From a virus (lineage: Duplodnaviria > Caudoviricetes): a DNA stretch of 47,040 nucleotides. Shown one piece after another: positions 36,496-46,577 of this stretch; within the stretch, counting starts at the first letter, position 1; each line of letters begins with the position of its first letter. Location of the stretch: the IMG/VR virus record IMGVR_UViG_3300034062_001837, positions 1 to 47,040 of that record. One strand, 5' to 3'. Position numbers and translations under genes: made by a program. The notes beneath the pieces are model-generated. The model did not search any database. It saw nothing but the letters and a program-made list of their open reading frames with translations, and was not told where the DNA came from.

Positions 36496-37731
36496 TTAGG
36501 CCTGAGTCACGCCAAGAGCGCCAACGCGGGTTGAATTAGGTCCAACAGCGATTGCAGGCAGCAAGATGCCCATCACGGTGCGATTGATACCGTCAGACGC
36601 AGTGCCTGGAACGTAGGTTCCACGAACGTCGCCTGTGGTAGTGGTAGCAGTGGCGGTGGCTGCTGCAACAAATGTGCCTGTGTCTTGGGCAAGTGTGCTG
36701 TTTGTCTTCACGCTGGCAATGTAAGCTGCGTTGGTCACTCGCACTGGGATGCCGAGGATGTCAGTAGTGCCGACAGTCAAAGCTGTTCCAGTTGCGCCAG
36801 ATGTTGTGATGCCACTGATCTGATAGAAAGCTTTCTTGCCGTTTACAGCTGTGCTAACCGCTGCACTAGACGTGATTGCTTCGCTCATGGCTTGGCCGTA
36901 GTAGTCGTAGCCTGACACGGTGATGGTGGCAGGAGCCACGCCCAAGGTGTAAGTCAGACCTGTCGGTGTACCAGCGGTTGTTACTACTGCTGCACCTGCC
37001 GTAGTGGTCAGGGTAGCTGATGTAGCTGTCACAGAGGTCAAGATGTAGGTTGTTGGGTCTGTGTAGCCAGTGATTGTGCCTGTGCCACCCAAAGTACCAG
37101 AGATAGTCAAACGTTGACCGGTTACCAAACCTGCTTGCGAAGCAAAAGTAATTTGACCACCTGTACCTGCAATCACAACGGTAGACAAGGTTGCTACTGC
37201 TGCAGTTGCCGTTGTCACTCTAACTGCACGAGGCACGTCAAGTTGAAGCACGGAGATAGCTGCTGCATTGGTGGTAGACTTCACAGATGTGCCAGCTGTC
37301 AAGGTCAAAGAACCTGCGGCTGCTGGAGTTTGAGAAGCGGCAATGTTGTTTGCAACCAAGGCTTGGGGAATGGTGTCCCAAACGTAGATGCGACCCAAGG
37401 GGCCAACACCGCGGTCCATTGGAGCGGGGTCACCAAGCAAGGCGTTGCCGTTGGCAAACATGGTGGTGCTGCCGGCTGACTGCGAAGTGTTGACGGTGTA
37501 GGTACCTGTGCCACCGTTTCCACTAACAAAAGCGGTGATGTAAGTGCCATTGGTCACGCCCGAACCATCAACGTATTGGCCAATGATCAAGGGGTCGCCT
37601 GACAGCATAGCTGTCACGGTGAGGGTGGTAGTGGTAATGCTACCAGTGAAAGTGGAACTGGCGTTGCGCAAGCCAGTGCCCATGAATGTTTGTGAAGAAC
37701 CTAAAAAAAGGTCGTCTGAAAATTGAGGCAT
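36496..37731 (-). CDS. capsid decoration / head fibre protein
   Basis: Thr-rich 411 aa immediately after the major capsid gene; AAGGAG SD before ATG at 37731. Confidence 0.6.
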   Translation of the reverse strand: MPQFSDDLFLGSSQTFMGTGLRNASSTFTGSITTTTLTVTAMLSGDPLIIGQYVDGSGVTNGTYITAFVSGNGGTGTYTVNTSQSAGSTTMFANGNALLGDPAPMDRGVGPLGRIYVWDTIPQALVANNIAASQTPAAAGSLTLTAGTSVKSTTNAAAISVLQLDVPRAVRVTTATAAVATLSTVVIAGTGGQITFASQAGLVTGQRLTISGTLGGTGTITGYTDPTTYILTSVTATSATLTTTAGAAVVTTAGTPTGLTYTLGVAPATITVSGYDYYGQAMSEAITSSAAVSTAVNGKKAFYQISGITTSGATGTALTVGTTDILGIPVRVTNAAYIASVKTNSTLAQDTGTFVAAATATATTTTGDVRGTYVPGTASDGINRTVMGILLPAIAVGPNSTRVGALGVTQA

Positions 37732-37762
37732 GGTGTCTTCTCCTTGAAAAGCTTGACAAATT

Positions 37763-37797
37763 AAAAATGAAAAGAAGGGGACTTTCGCCCCCTTCTT
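37763..37797 (-). terminator. rho-independent terminator after the major capsid gene
   Basis: Minus strand AAGAAGGGGGC-GAAA-GTCCCCTTCTT followed by TTCATTTTT. Confidence 0.7.
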
Positions 37798-37799
37798 GT

Positions 37800-38714
37800 T
37801 TACAGACCTGCTGTACCGTAGATGGTACGTGGATCTGTCCAACCTGGAATGTAACGCTCGGTTGCTTTGTAGCGCATAGAGTCGGTTTCAAAATCACCCT
37901 CCATGCTCTTTTCAAGCTTGCGGCGCATCATCAGCTGCAGGCCGACCTTGGCGTCCGTCTGAACCCACCAAGCAGTGGTAGAAGTCAGACGAGACAGGTT
38001 GGCTTGGCCGCCGTCGATCATGCCCATCGAGTTGATCGGGTTGATGTCGTTGTTGCCGGTACCTGCGCGCAGGACGGACTTCAACAGCACTTCACCTTGG
38101 AACACGTTGCTAGGGCTCAGCACCAGCTTCTGCGGGGTCAAACGGATACGCTTGCCGTTGTTGTCAATGGCGTTGCGGATCTGGATGAGCATCTGCTCAA
38201 GCGAGGTCTGCGACAGGTTGGCGGCAGTAGTCAACACGTTGCTAAATGTGCCAGAAGCAATGGGGTGCGCGGAGTTAACCAGCGACACTCCGTCACCACC
38301 CACATACGAGCTATTGAAAGCACGGTTCAGGATGTTGGCACACAGGGTTTCTTTCGTCTCAATCAGCGACTGGGCCAAGTGCTTGGCGTAGGTCTGACCA
38401 ATCGAGATGTGGTCGCCGTCTTCCACAAGGACCTTGGTCAAGGCAAAAGCCAGGCCATAGACCTTGTAGACGTAACGAGCATTGAACAGGACGCCACCAG
38501 ATTGGTAGGTCACTGGCATGCCGTCAGGCAACTCAGGAGCCGCTCCGAAACCGTACAGGACGGGCTCTTCGTGGTAGTTACGGGGGATACCTTGACGCTC
38601 GGAGAAAACTTGTTTCCACTCGTCAGCGCGCTGGTTATACAAGCCATCGAACTCTTCGTTCAGAATGGGTTCGACGATGGACCGAAAGTCCGTACTGCGC
38701 ATTGGGACAGCCAT
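37800..38714 (-). CDS. major capsid protein (HK97 fold)
   Basis: 304 aa after scaffold and decoration genes, followed by a terminator; [33 protein letters not shown]. Confidence 0.85.
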   Translation of the reverse strand: MAVPMRSTDFRSIVEPILNEEFDGLYNQRADEWKQVFSERQGIPRNYHEEPVLYGFGAAPELPDGMPVTYQSGGVLFNARYVYKVYGLAFALTKVLVEDGDHISIGQTYAKHLAQSLIETKETLCANILNRAFNSSYVGGDGVSLVNSAHPIASGTFSNVLTTAANLSQTSLEQMLIQIRNAIDNNGKRIRLTPQKLVLSPSNVFQGEVLLKSVLRAGTGNNDINPINSMGMIDGGQANLSRLTSTTAWWVQTDAKVGLQLMMRRKLEKSMEGDFETDSMRYKATERYIPGWTDPRTIYGTAGL

Positions 38715-38725
38715 TTTTTAGCTCC

Positions 38726-39292
38726 TTAGTAAGCGTTGATGGTGGCAACGTCCTGATGCTCAGAGATCTGAACTTGGACAATCGTAAAAGCATCGCCCCA
38801 ATCATTGTCGGGACCGGGTGTAATACCGATCACGCGCATTTGGGCAGTGCTACCTGAAGCAACAACTGAAGCGGTGTCCAACACGGCTTGGCTGAGACCC
38901 ACGACGGTAGAACCGGCGGTGATCGAACCGAAGTTGTATTGGTTGCCGATGTTGCTAATGTTCACAGGTCCATTGGCTTGGATCTGATAAACGATAGAAG
39001 GGTCACGCGTGATGTACGCGGTCACCTCAGTTGCAGGGGTGTTCGCAAGGAACTTGTTGGAAACACGGCGGCGGCCATCGCCGTCGGTGAATTCAACACC
39101 CATGAAAGTGCCGACGAACGGATCGCCAACGGTGGCCGGAGTCACAACACCAGTGGACGTGTTAATCGCCACAGGTTGGTATTGCAACAGGGTCACTGCC
39201 GCGTTATTCGCCAGCGTAAAGGCTGCCGGACGCACGAAACCACTTGCGTGGTAAACGGGCTGGAAGCCAAACGGTGTGCTAGTGGTAGACAT
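38726..39292 (-). CDS. capsid-associated (minor capsid/cement) protein
   Basis: 188 aa; PFGFQP...GTFMGVEF...DPSIVYQIQ; directly upstream of the major capsid gene. Confidence 0.65.
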   Translation of the reverse strand: MSTTSTPFGFQPVYHASGFVRPAAFTLANNAAVTLLQYQPVAINTSTGVVTPATVGDPFVGTFMGVEFTDGDGRRRVSNKFLANTPATEVTAYITRDPSIVYQIQANGPVNISNIGNQYNFGSITAGSTVVGLSQAVLDTASVVASGSTAQMRVIGITPGPDNDWGDAFTIVQVQISEHQDVATINAY

Positions 39293-39324
39293 GTTTGTTC
39301 CTCATGAGAGAATTTGTGGACCGG

Positions 39325-39858
39325 TCAAAGCTCTTCAAATTTGGCTCGACCAGGATTTTCGCGCAAAGCAGCAATACCATCACCCTCAACCACACGTCCT
39401 CCCGCGGCTGCTGCGGACTCTTTGATACTGTCCAAGACCGACAGAAGCTTCTCATCTTCGCGGGCAGGAGCGTCATGGTGAGCTTCTTGCATAAATCGCG
39501 AATAGAGAGACAAAGGCAGCTTGAATGCGAGCATCTCGTTGACACCAATAAACCCTTGCCATTCGCCTGTCTTGATGGTTACGTATTCCCAGCCAGGCAC
39601 GTCTTCGGCTTTAATTGGTTCATACCCCAGCCGGATCCGCTGTTGAATGGAATCTCGGGGGTTAGTGGTGGTCAACCAGCATGTGTGGAAGCCAGGGATC
39701 CTTGGTAGATCTGGCAATGCGTCTTGAAAGAATTGAGATCTAAACATCTCAACACGATCATCGTCGCTAATGGCACGCTCTTCAGTCACATTGCGGTCTG
39801 TGGCTCCACGTGATTGGCGGACGAGATCAGGGGATTTTTTTAGGCGTTCGTCGTTCAT
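39325..39858 (-). CDS. hypothetical protein (head module)
   Basis: ORF with SD between scaffold and capsid genes. Confidence 0.7.
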   Translation of the reverse strand: MNDERLKKSPDLVRQSRGATDRNVTEERAISDDDRVEMFRSQFFQDALPDLPRIPGFHTCWLTTTNPRDSIQQRIRLGYEPIKAEDVPGWEYVTIKTGEWQGFIGVNEMLAFKLPLSLYSRFMQEAHHDAPAREDEKLLSVLDSIKESAAAAGGRVVEGDGIAALRENPGRAKFEEL

Positions 39859-39872
39859 GTTCCTCACTCCTT

Positions 39873-40862
39873 TCAGCGAGATGAATTGTTTTCACGATCC
39901 CACTTAGCGTACTGTTTCAAGTATCGCTGACGCAGGACGGTATCTTCCCAAACACCAGCATCGATCATCGCTTGCTTTCGTTCTGGGGAGATGTAGACTT
40001 CACGGCGGGAAGACTGCGGAGCCTGGTCCCTGCTGGAACCAACGGGCGGACCTCTACGCTGTCCGCGGCGATCGTCATCTTGACTGTCGTCATAGTTACC
40101 GCCTGCTTTCATGTCTGGCAGTCGCTTGGCCACGCGCTTGTCAAGCTCGCGCCAATATGCCTCTGTTTTTGGATTATAGCCAGCTTCTACAAGAGATTGA
40201 TCTATCGCCAGGACGATCTTCGACGCCTCGTCTTTCGCGTTCGGATCGTACCAGGGGTTCTTGGACACCCAGTCTTGGGCGAAGCTCGCGATCTCCGGGT
40301 CAGGTCCTGACTGGGGAGCCGGTGCCTGGGCCTGCTGGTGCAAGTCTTGGGCGACTTGATTTTGCTGGTGCTTATGGACCTGAAGCTGCTGCACCTTCTG
40401 CATGGCCTGGTCACGAATTCGCATCGCCTTGGCAGCATCTTCACCGTTTCCGGCTTCGATGGCTTGGGCCATGATTCTTTCGGCGGCCTTAACTTCGGCC
40501 AAGCTATCTGCAATCCTGGCATCGATGGTTGAGATCGCGTTGCCAACGACAGACTTCTCGACTTGGAACATGCGCTTTTCAAGCGACTCGTTCCGCTGCC
40601 TCAGGAAGTTGAGCTCGGTCTTGTCTCGCTCAATCGCCTGTTTTCTACGCTCTGCGCGCTCGGCTTTTTCCTCGCGGCGCTTGCGGCGCAGTTCTTCTCG
40701 GTCCTCATTGTCTTCTGAGAGACGCGAGTCCTCTGGGTGGTCATCGTCCTCGTCCTTTTGATCGTCACCTTGCTTGGTGTCAACCGGGACGAACTCGACT
40801 TCCTGAGGCTTACCCTTCTTTTGGTCCTCATCATCTTCGATGAGCATGTTTTCTCCGGCCAT
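39873..40862 (-). CDS. capsid scaffolding protein
   Basis: Acidic N-terminus, long coiled coil, W...NPW motif and basic/aromatic C-terminal helix; between portal and capsid. Confidence 0.7.
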   Translation of the reverse strand: MAGENMLIEDDEDQKKGKPQEVEFVPVDTKQGDDQKDEDDDHPEDSRLSEDNEDREELRRKRREEKAERAERRKQAIERDKTELNFLRQRNESLEKRMFQVEKSVVGNAISTIDARIADSLAEVKAAERIMAQAIEAGNGEDAAKAMRIRDQAMQKVQQLQVHKHQQNQVAQDLHQQAQAPAPQSGPDPEIASFAQDWVSKNPWYDPNAKDEASKIVLAIDQSLVEAGYNPKTEAYWRELDKRVAKRLPDMKAGGNYDDSQDDDRRGQRRGPPVGSSRDQAPQSSRREVYISPERKQAMIDAGVWEDTVLRQRYLKQYAKWDRENNSSR

Positions 40863-40881
40863 TGCCTGCTCCTTTCAGCAG

Positions 40882-41301
40882 TTAGATAAATGCACGGATC
40901 GCAGTGGGATCTCCAGTAACCTTGGCAAGAATGTCAAGGTCGTTGAACATCACAAATTCGATCTCCTCGTCGCCGGACCTTACGGACCAGCGATCACCGC
41001 CGTATTTGGGTGCACGGACGTAGGCACCAACTTCACACCACGAGCCTTCAGGCCACGGTTCCATGGTGTTCCGATTCTTGTAAGCCAATGAACCGATTGC
41101 CACGACCTTGGCGATCTGGGTATTGCTGGCTTCTGTCTTTCGTGCTTCCTCAGGGATGTAGATGCCGCCTGCCGTCTGGTTCTTGGCTTTGCGGACTTGC
41201 ACAATCACGCGTGAGCCCAAAGGCTCGTGACCGCAGTCAACAGCTGGGAAGGCCTCGTCCAATGAGGCGTAGTTGAAGGACATGGGGGTTTCAAGTAGCA
41301 T
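40882..41301 (-). CDS. groES: GroES-like co-chaperonin (Cpn10)
   Basis: EPLGSRVIV, TAGGIYIP mobile loop, VVAIG, KYGG and DILAKV motifs. Confidence 0.85.
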   Translation of the reverse strand: MLLETPMSFNYASLDEAFPAVDCGHEPLGSRVIVQVRKAKNQTAGGIYIPEEARKTEASNTQIAKVVAIGSLAYKNRNTMEPWPEGSWCEVGAYVRAPKYGGDRWSVRSGDEEIEFVMFNDLDILAKVTGDPTAIRAFI

Positions 41302-41322
41302 TCGCTTCTCCGTATGCTGGGG

Positions 41323-41523
41323 TTAAAGATCTCGTTGGTCGTTTTCAATGTCACGATAGATCCGTTCAATCAGCTGGACGGCGCGATCAAGGCCTGCGTA
41401 GACGCCCTGACGTTTACCGTATTCGAAGCTGATGTCCTTGCCTTCTGCTGGCTGCACCTTGATGGCCTCAATGGCCAGTGCTTGCTGCTCGGCGCGGATC
41501 GTCGTGATGATTTTTGCTAGCAC
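41323..41523 (-). CDS. hypothetical protein
   Basis: 66-aa helical ORF in the operon. Confidence 0.65.
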   Translation of the reverse strand: MLAKIITTIRAEQQALAIEAIKVQPAEGKDISFEYGKRQGVYAGLDRAVQLIERIYRDIENDQRDL

Positions 41524-41760
41524 TTAGCGGCGCCCGCCCATGACGGTGGAGATCTGGTTAGGACCCTTGCCGCGTTGGCTGTTTGTGCCGCCATTACCGC
41601 CGCCTTCGCCTGTGACTTTCTCGACCTTCATCTTGGGCACGGTCTTGTAGTTTGCGTCGGGCAAACCAGGGGTTGGCGAAGGGTCGCTTGACACCTTCTT
41701 GGCTTTAGGGTAACCTTTACCCATGGCCATCTGCTTGTGTAGGCTGATTGCTACCATCAT
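41524..41760 (-). CDS. small basic hypothetical protein
   Basis: 78 aa with AAGGAG SD, directly after the portal. Confidence 0.6.
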   Translation of the reverse strand: MMVAISLHKQMAMGKGYPKAKKVSSDPSPTPGLPDANYKTVPKMKVEKVTGEGGGNGGTNSQRGKGPNQISTVMGGRR

Positions 41761-41766
41761 TGCTCC

Positions 41767-44295
41767 TTAACGTGGATTGGGGTTGATACCAGTGCCCGTG
41801 GAGACACCGATTCTTTCGCCAGTTGCAACCTCAAGGGCTGCAAGCTGCTTGGCTGTTTGGTTGTCGGACTCGTTCATCTCAATGCGAGCACGGATCTGGG
41901 CTTGTGTGCGCTGGTCCTCGGCCTGTTGACGCATCTGCTCGATTTGAAGCTGCATCTGCAAGGCCTCAATGCGTGATTGGATGTCGGCCTGTTTGTCCAT
42001 GCTGCGTTGCTGCATGTCGGCCTGCTTGAGCTGGGCGTCTTGGGCCAGCTTAGCTTGCTGAGTTTGCGCGTTGGCCTGATCCTTGGCCTGCTGGTTCTGC
42101 AACTGCTGTTGAGCGATCTGGACAGAAGGATCTTGCGGCGGCGGAGGCTGCATCTGCTGCAACATCTGAATGGCCTGGTCAATGATCTGCGGAATCTGGC
42201 CAAAGGCCTCTTGGCTTTGCTTGGTCACCACTTGGCTTGTCGTAGCCAAAAGCTTGTCAAGCGACTGCTTCTCTTCGGTCGTCGCATCCTTTTGAATCTC
42301 GCCAATGTCTACTTGGGCAGCATCAGAGGCTTCGTTGTAGATCTGCGTCGCGTACCAGAGGACCATGTGCTCCTTGATGTGGTCGAGCATCATGGGAATG
42401 AATGCAGGGCCAATGGCCTTGTTGTTGCCGAACATCGGGTTGGTCAAGAAGTCCAAGTGGACTTGCAGGTGAGCCAAGTGATCTTGCTCAGGGAACGCCA
42501 CAACAGGACGCCGCATCGTCATTGCAATGTTCTCGTTAACCGCGTTCAGCTCCAATGGCTTAGGCGCTGGCAGCAACAGGTCCTTGCCCTGGGGCACCTT
42601 CAGGCGCTCAAGGAACATAACCTCGACCTTGCGGAGGTCGTACAGCTGAGGCATCTCCTTGGCCCGCTGCATGACAGCCTGCACCTGAGCAAACCGCTGC
42701 GCCTCGCTGAAGATGTTGGGATCACTGACAGGCACGACATTCATCGGGCCCTCGAAGTCGGCGCGCTTGACCAGCAACTCACCGGTCTCGTCGTAAACCT
42801 CGGCCTCTGTCAGGTAAGTCTTGTTCAGGCGGAACAGCAGCTTGATCACACGGCCCATGGAGTCGTGCAGACGCGCATGGATTGCTGAGAACACCACCAT
42901 GCCCTGCTCGATGCGGGCCAATGTCGTGCCGACTGGCGTGTTGGCATTGCTGTCAGCCAGTTCTTCAAACGTGGTGCGAACAACGTTTTGGCTGGCGTCA
43001 ACCAGGAAGCCGAGCAGCTGAAACAGAACCGCGCTTGGCGGGTTGTAAGGCATTGGCATGAGCATCTTGCGGATGTCATCTTGGCCAAACGAACCTTCAA
43101 TCTCCTTGACCTCTGTCGGATCAACACGGTCTGTTTGACCGCCGGTTCCTGACTTGAGCTTCAGCAAGCCTGGGAAGTTGTTGATGTGGGCGGAGTCAAG
43201 CAAGGCTCGCAAAGCACCTGTCGCAGCGGCACTTAGGCCGCCAATCATGTGCGTCAAGCCAATCGGGTAAGCACCACGCCAAGGCACGAATGGGAATTCC
43301 ACCATCCATTGCATCTCTTGCTTGGTCTTGTCGTCCTCTTCCCAATTGCGATAGATCGCCAACACGTTCTGGGTTGCCTTGTCCAGGCTGATGATGTACG
43401 GAGCCAAGCCGTATTCATCATCAAATTCGTGGATGATGTAGCACTCGTAGATGGTCCGCAAGCCATCGATGTTGTAGCTGTCGGTTTGACGGCCCTCGAT
43501 CTTGTTGTTGGCGGTCTCGGCCTTGGACTCATCGGGCGGCAACGGACTGGCCATCAGGTCCACATCCATGTACATGCCAGACTCGACGCGCTTCTGATAC
43601 TCGATGCGGGTCAAGTACTGCACATGAGTCTTGCGCTCGGCAGAATAGAAGTTGGTCGCAGCAAACGGCAGGTAGACGTCGTCAATTGCCACGAACTGGG
43701 GGACAGGACGCTTCTTGTTCGTGTCCCACGTGATCTTGAGGTACTGACCGCCGCCCAAAGGCAATTGAGTGGACAGCTGTTCAAGCTCGGACCGCAGCTC
43801 TGGCATCTGCTCGGTCATCTGCCAGTTCATGAACTTGACAAGTCTCTGGGCCTTTTCTTGCTTGTCCAGGGTGACTTCACCAATGATCTTGTCCCTTGCA
43901 GGACCGTCAGGTGGAAAGAGCTCTTTCATGACGCGGGCAGAGAAGTCCACGCATCCTTGAGTCAGCATTGGGTGCACGACCTTGCTGGCTCCAGTGAACG
44001 ATGCGCCGCCTGGGGCATCATCACCAAGGCCTGTTCGACGCAGGCCCTCTTCGTATTGCTCATCGCGCTTCTTGCGCGCTTCCTTGTCTTTTTCTAGGAT
44101 ATCGCAGAGTTCGGAGCCAAGGTTTGACAACTCCCAACTCGGCATCGTCTCGGCCAGGTTAGCGTAAAACTCGGATTCGGCTGGTGTTGGTGAGTCATCG
44201 AGAGTGACCATCGCGCCGCCGTCTTCGGTATCGCGGACCTTAGAGTCGTCGTCAACCTCGTACATCTCGCCATATTCTTGTTCGTTCTCAGCCAT
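41767..44295 (-). CDS. portal protein
   Basis: 842 aa right after terL, with a Gln-rich C-terminal coiled coil (P22-type barrel). Confidence 0.85.
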   Translation of the reverse strand: MAENEQEYGEMYEVDDDSKVRDTEDGGAMVTLDDSPTPAESEFYANLAETMPSWELSNLGSELCDILEKDKEARKKRDEQYEEGLRRTGLGDDAPGGASFTGASKVVHPMLTQGCVDFSARVMKELFPPDGPARDKIIGEVTLDKQEKAQRLVKFMNWQMTEQMPELRSELEQLSTQLPLGGGQYLKITWDTNKKRPVPQFVAIDDVYLPFAATNFYSAERKTHVQYLTRIEYQKRVESGMYMDVDLMASPLPPDESKAETANNKIEGRQTDSYNIDGLRTIYECYIIHEFDDEYGLAPYIISLDKATQNVLAIYRNWEEDDKTKQEMQWMVEFPFVPWRGAYPIGLTHMIGGLSAAATGALRALLDSAHINNFPGLLKLKSGTGGQTDRVDPTEVKEIEGSFGQDDIRKMLMPMPYNPPSAVLFQLLGFLVDASQNVVRTTFEELADSNANTPVGTTLARIEQGMVVFSAIHARLHDSMGRVIKLLFRLNKTYLTEAEVYDETGELLVKRADFEGPMNVVPVSDPNIFSEAQRFAQVQAVMQRAKEMPQLYDLRKVEVMFLERLKVPQGKDLLLPAPKPLELNAVNENIAMTMRRPVVAFPEQDHLAHLQVHLDFLTNPMFGNNKAIGPAFIPMMLDHIKEHMVLWYATQIYNEASDAAQVDIGEIQKDATTEEKQSLDKLLATTSQVVTKQSQEAFGQIPQIIDQAIQMLQQMQPPPPQDPSVQIAQQQLQNQQAKDQANAQTQQAKLAQDAQLKQADMQQRSMDKQADIQSRIEALQMQLQIEQMRQQAEDQRTQAQIRARIEMNESDNQTAKQLAALEVATGERIGVSTGTGINPNPR

Positions 44296-44307
44296 TCAAT
44301 ACTCCGG

Positions 44308-45783
44308 TTAGATCGCGTAAGGGTTCACAAGCTTCGGCTTGGTTTCCCGTTCAACTTTGTCTTCAGCTTTTCTGGTGACTGAGAGACTATTGCGATCTGC
44401 AAGCAGCCTAAGTGCTTGGGTCGTTGAGTCCACAAAGTCGTCATGCTTAATCGATCCTTCACCATGAAAGCTGCACAGCTGCGAGATTAAAGGGTCGGCC
44501 CAGGAACGTGGATTCCCAGGCCGTTTATCAGATTCTACAACCCAAACGAATCCGTGTGCAAATAAATGCGATACCGCGTGCAATCGCTGTAGCTTATCCG
44601 CACGGCCCGGATTGTAGGGATAAGCCAGTATGTCCTCACGAGCCAGCATTTGACGCAGGCTGATGCCAGATCCTTTGTCCTCGATGATCATCAGGTCGGG
44701 CGATTTGCCACCGAACATTGATTGTTTTGGACCAAGCAGCGGCTTGATCATGGGCCTAAAGTCCTCGTCGCCGTACCGGACTTGCCACTCCTTTTTGACC
44801 CGTTCAATCAGGGCGGGCAGGCCCAGGTGATCTTGCCAGCAGTCGAGCAGCAGGAAGGCCGGCTTCTTTTCGTGCCTGAAGACGCCCCAGACAGAGCACG
44901 CGGTTGGGTCAGGATCATGGCTCTTGCGGTCAATGGACTTCTCCGTGAACGCTGTGTCAAGGCTCATGACGATGTAGTCAAGAGGCGGCAAAGGCTTCTC
45001 GGCTGGCCAGAGTTTGAACCAACTTCGCTTGATGATGCCGGTCTCTTCGGGGTCAATAACCTCGGCGTGGATCTCTTGTCGGCCGAGCTGGGTTCCCTCG
45101 TACTGCGTGATCTCAGCAAGGAAGGACTTTGCAAGGTTCGCGGCGTTGTCATAGGTAGACCCTCTGGTGACGTGAATCCGGCTGTTCTTCTTGGCAGCAT
45201 CCTTGAGCAGCTTACGGACCAGCTCAATGGGCTTAGGAGTCGTGGTGATGACGACCCGTGGATCATCGCCCAAGCGAAGACCAAATCGCATCATGTCCCA
45301 CGTCTCTTCTACGTATTGCCAAGCAGCCAGCTCATCACACCACACTCGGTGAAACTGAGGACCGCGCAAACGACTGGGCTCCTCAGCCGAGAAACCGCGG
45401 ATCGACGAGCCGTTCTTCAGGGTGATCTCTCCGATGGACCTGTTGTAGTTCTCAACCAGGTAATGCGGGATGACACCCATGATCCCCGATTCGCCCTCAA
45501 AGCAAACGCCTCTGATGTCACCTGAGGTTGGTGCTATGACCCCGCAGCGCACGCCAGGGTTGTCGGCGGCATAGCTAGCTATGTCCTCAGCCCCTGTCCG
45601 AGTCTTACCGAAACCGCGGCCGGCCAAGATCAGCCAGATGCCCCAGTCTCCGGGCGGCGTCATCTGCTGGTCTCGGGCTGTGGACTTCCACTTCAGCTTC
45701 CAGGCGATGTGAGCAAGGTCCTCCAAGTCCAGGACCGATAGGTTGGACTGGATGGTGGTCAGCTCGGCCTTGGAAAGAATCAT
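44308..45783 (-). CDS. terL: terminase large subunit
   Basis: Walker A AGRGFGKT, Walker B VWCDE, TTTP coupling motif, RNase H-like SLDTA...DDFVD. Confidence 0.95.
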   Translation of the reverse strand: MILSKAELTTIQSNLSVLDLEDLAHIAWKLKWKSTARDQQMTPPGDWGIWLILAGRGFGKTRTGAEDIASYAADNPGVRCGVIAPTSGDIRGVCFEGESGIMGVIPHYLVENYNRSIGEITLKNGSSIRGFSAEEPSRLRGPQFHRVWCDELAAWQYVEETWDMMRFGLRLGDDPRVVITTTPKPIELVRKLLKDAAKKNSRIHVTRGSTYDNAANLAKSFLAEITQYEGTQLGRQEIHAEVIDPEETGIIKRSWFKLWPAEKPLPPLDYIVMSLDTAFTEKSIDRKSHDPDPTACSVWGVFRHEKKPAFLLLDCWQDHLGLPALIERVKKEWQVRYGDEDFRPMIKPLLGPKQSMFGGKSPDLMIIEDKGSGISLRQMLAREDILAYPYNPGRADKLQRLHAVSHLFAHGFVWVVESDKRPGNPRSWADPLISQLCSFHGEGSIKHDDFVDSTTQALRLLADRNSLSVTRKAEDKVERETKPKLVNPYAI

Positions 45784-46106
45784 TTGCCGCCAGCGTTCAG
45801 CTTGCCAATGAGCTCGGTGATCTGGCCGACCAGCTCAAGCCTTGCCTCAATCGGCCCGCCATCGGGTCCGGTGATCTCGACAGACTTCTTCTTGGCGTGG
45901 CCATATTGCACCAGCTCCTTCAAGCAATCCTTGCGGACCAACAGGTCGTGGTTAGGGTCAAAGGCCATCTCTGCCAGCGCCTCCAGAGGATCTCCGTGCT
46001 TCTCGACAATCTTGTCGAAAATCTCCTGACGCTGCACGTTGCGTTTGTTGACACTGCCTTTGGGCCTTCCGGCACCAGGAGTGGCCACGCCTTTCTTGAA
46101 AGCCAT
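45780..46106 (-). CDS. terS: terminase small subunit (putative)
   Basis: GAGRPKGSVNK N-terminal motif and EITGPDGGPI C-terminal motif; ATGA overlap with terL. Confidence 0.75.
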   Translation of the reverse strand: MAFKKGVATPGAGRPKGSVNKRNVQRQEIFDKIVEKHGDPLEALAEMAFDPNHDLLVRKDCLKELVQYGHAKKKSVEITGPDGGPIEARLELVGQITELIGKLNAGGK

Positions 46107-46136
46107 TTTTTGCACTCCGTGTGATTTGATGCAAAT

Positions 46137-46166
46137 ATTCTAATACGGACTGCGAGATCACGTAAA
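46137..46166 (-). promoter_or_regulatory. putative sigma70-type promoter for the morphogenesis operon
   Basis: TTTACG-N18-TAGAAT on the minus strand, ~30 nt upstream of terS. Confidence 0.4.
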
Positions 46167-46175
46167 CAAGCGACC

Positions 46176-46342
46176 CCAAATTCCCTATAGAGTGTTTTCT
46201 AGACGATAACAGAGTGTATCAATACACTTAAAATCAATTCTTACTATCGTTCGCTCGTCAAAAGAGGAGATCCCCGCGTCTGCAAATAGGTTGTATTGAT
46301 ACACTCTGTTTAGCCTAAAAATATCATCTATAGCTTTTTTGG
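46176..46342. repeat. ~167-bp palindromic intergenic element, copy 2
   Basis: Same blocks as 9138-9303; perfect 19-bp inverted repeat AACAGAGTGTATCAATACA (46208-46226) / TGTATTGATACACTCTGTT (46292-46310). Confidence 0.9.
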
Positions 46343-46577
46343 TCTCCCTGGCTCCCGAACACAGCATAACTTGCACAAATTGCTGTATAATCTAACTCCC
46401 GGCAATGAAGAAAGGAGAAAGTGATGCGCTGCCCGCTCTGCAAGGCACCAACAGAGGTCAGGGAGACGAGAAACATGAAGGACAACTCCATTCTTCGCAG
46501 GCGTGTTTGTTTTAACGAGCACGTGTTTCAAACCACCGAGACTGCAACGTCAGATCCCAAACCAAGGAAGAAGAACA

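Noticed and set aside
37686-45525. Long plus-strand ORFs (37686-38729, 41977-42888, 43249-44097, 44722-45525)
   Set aside because: They are antisense shadows of capsid, portal and terL, with no motifs; expected from codon bias.
46185-46531. Minus-strand ORFs 46185-46376 and 46328-46531, and plus-strand ORF 9257-9619
   Set aside because: They overlap the non-coding repeat element or a real gene, and have no SD or motif support.
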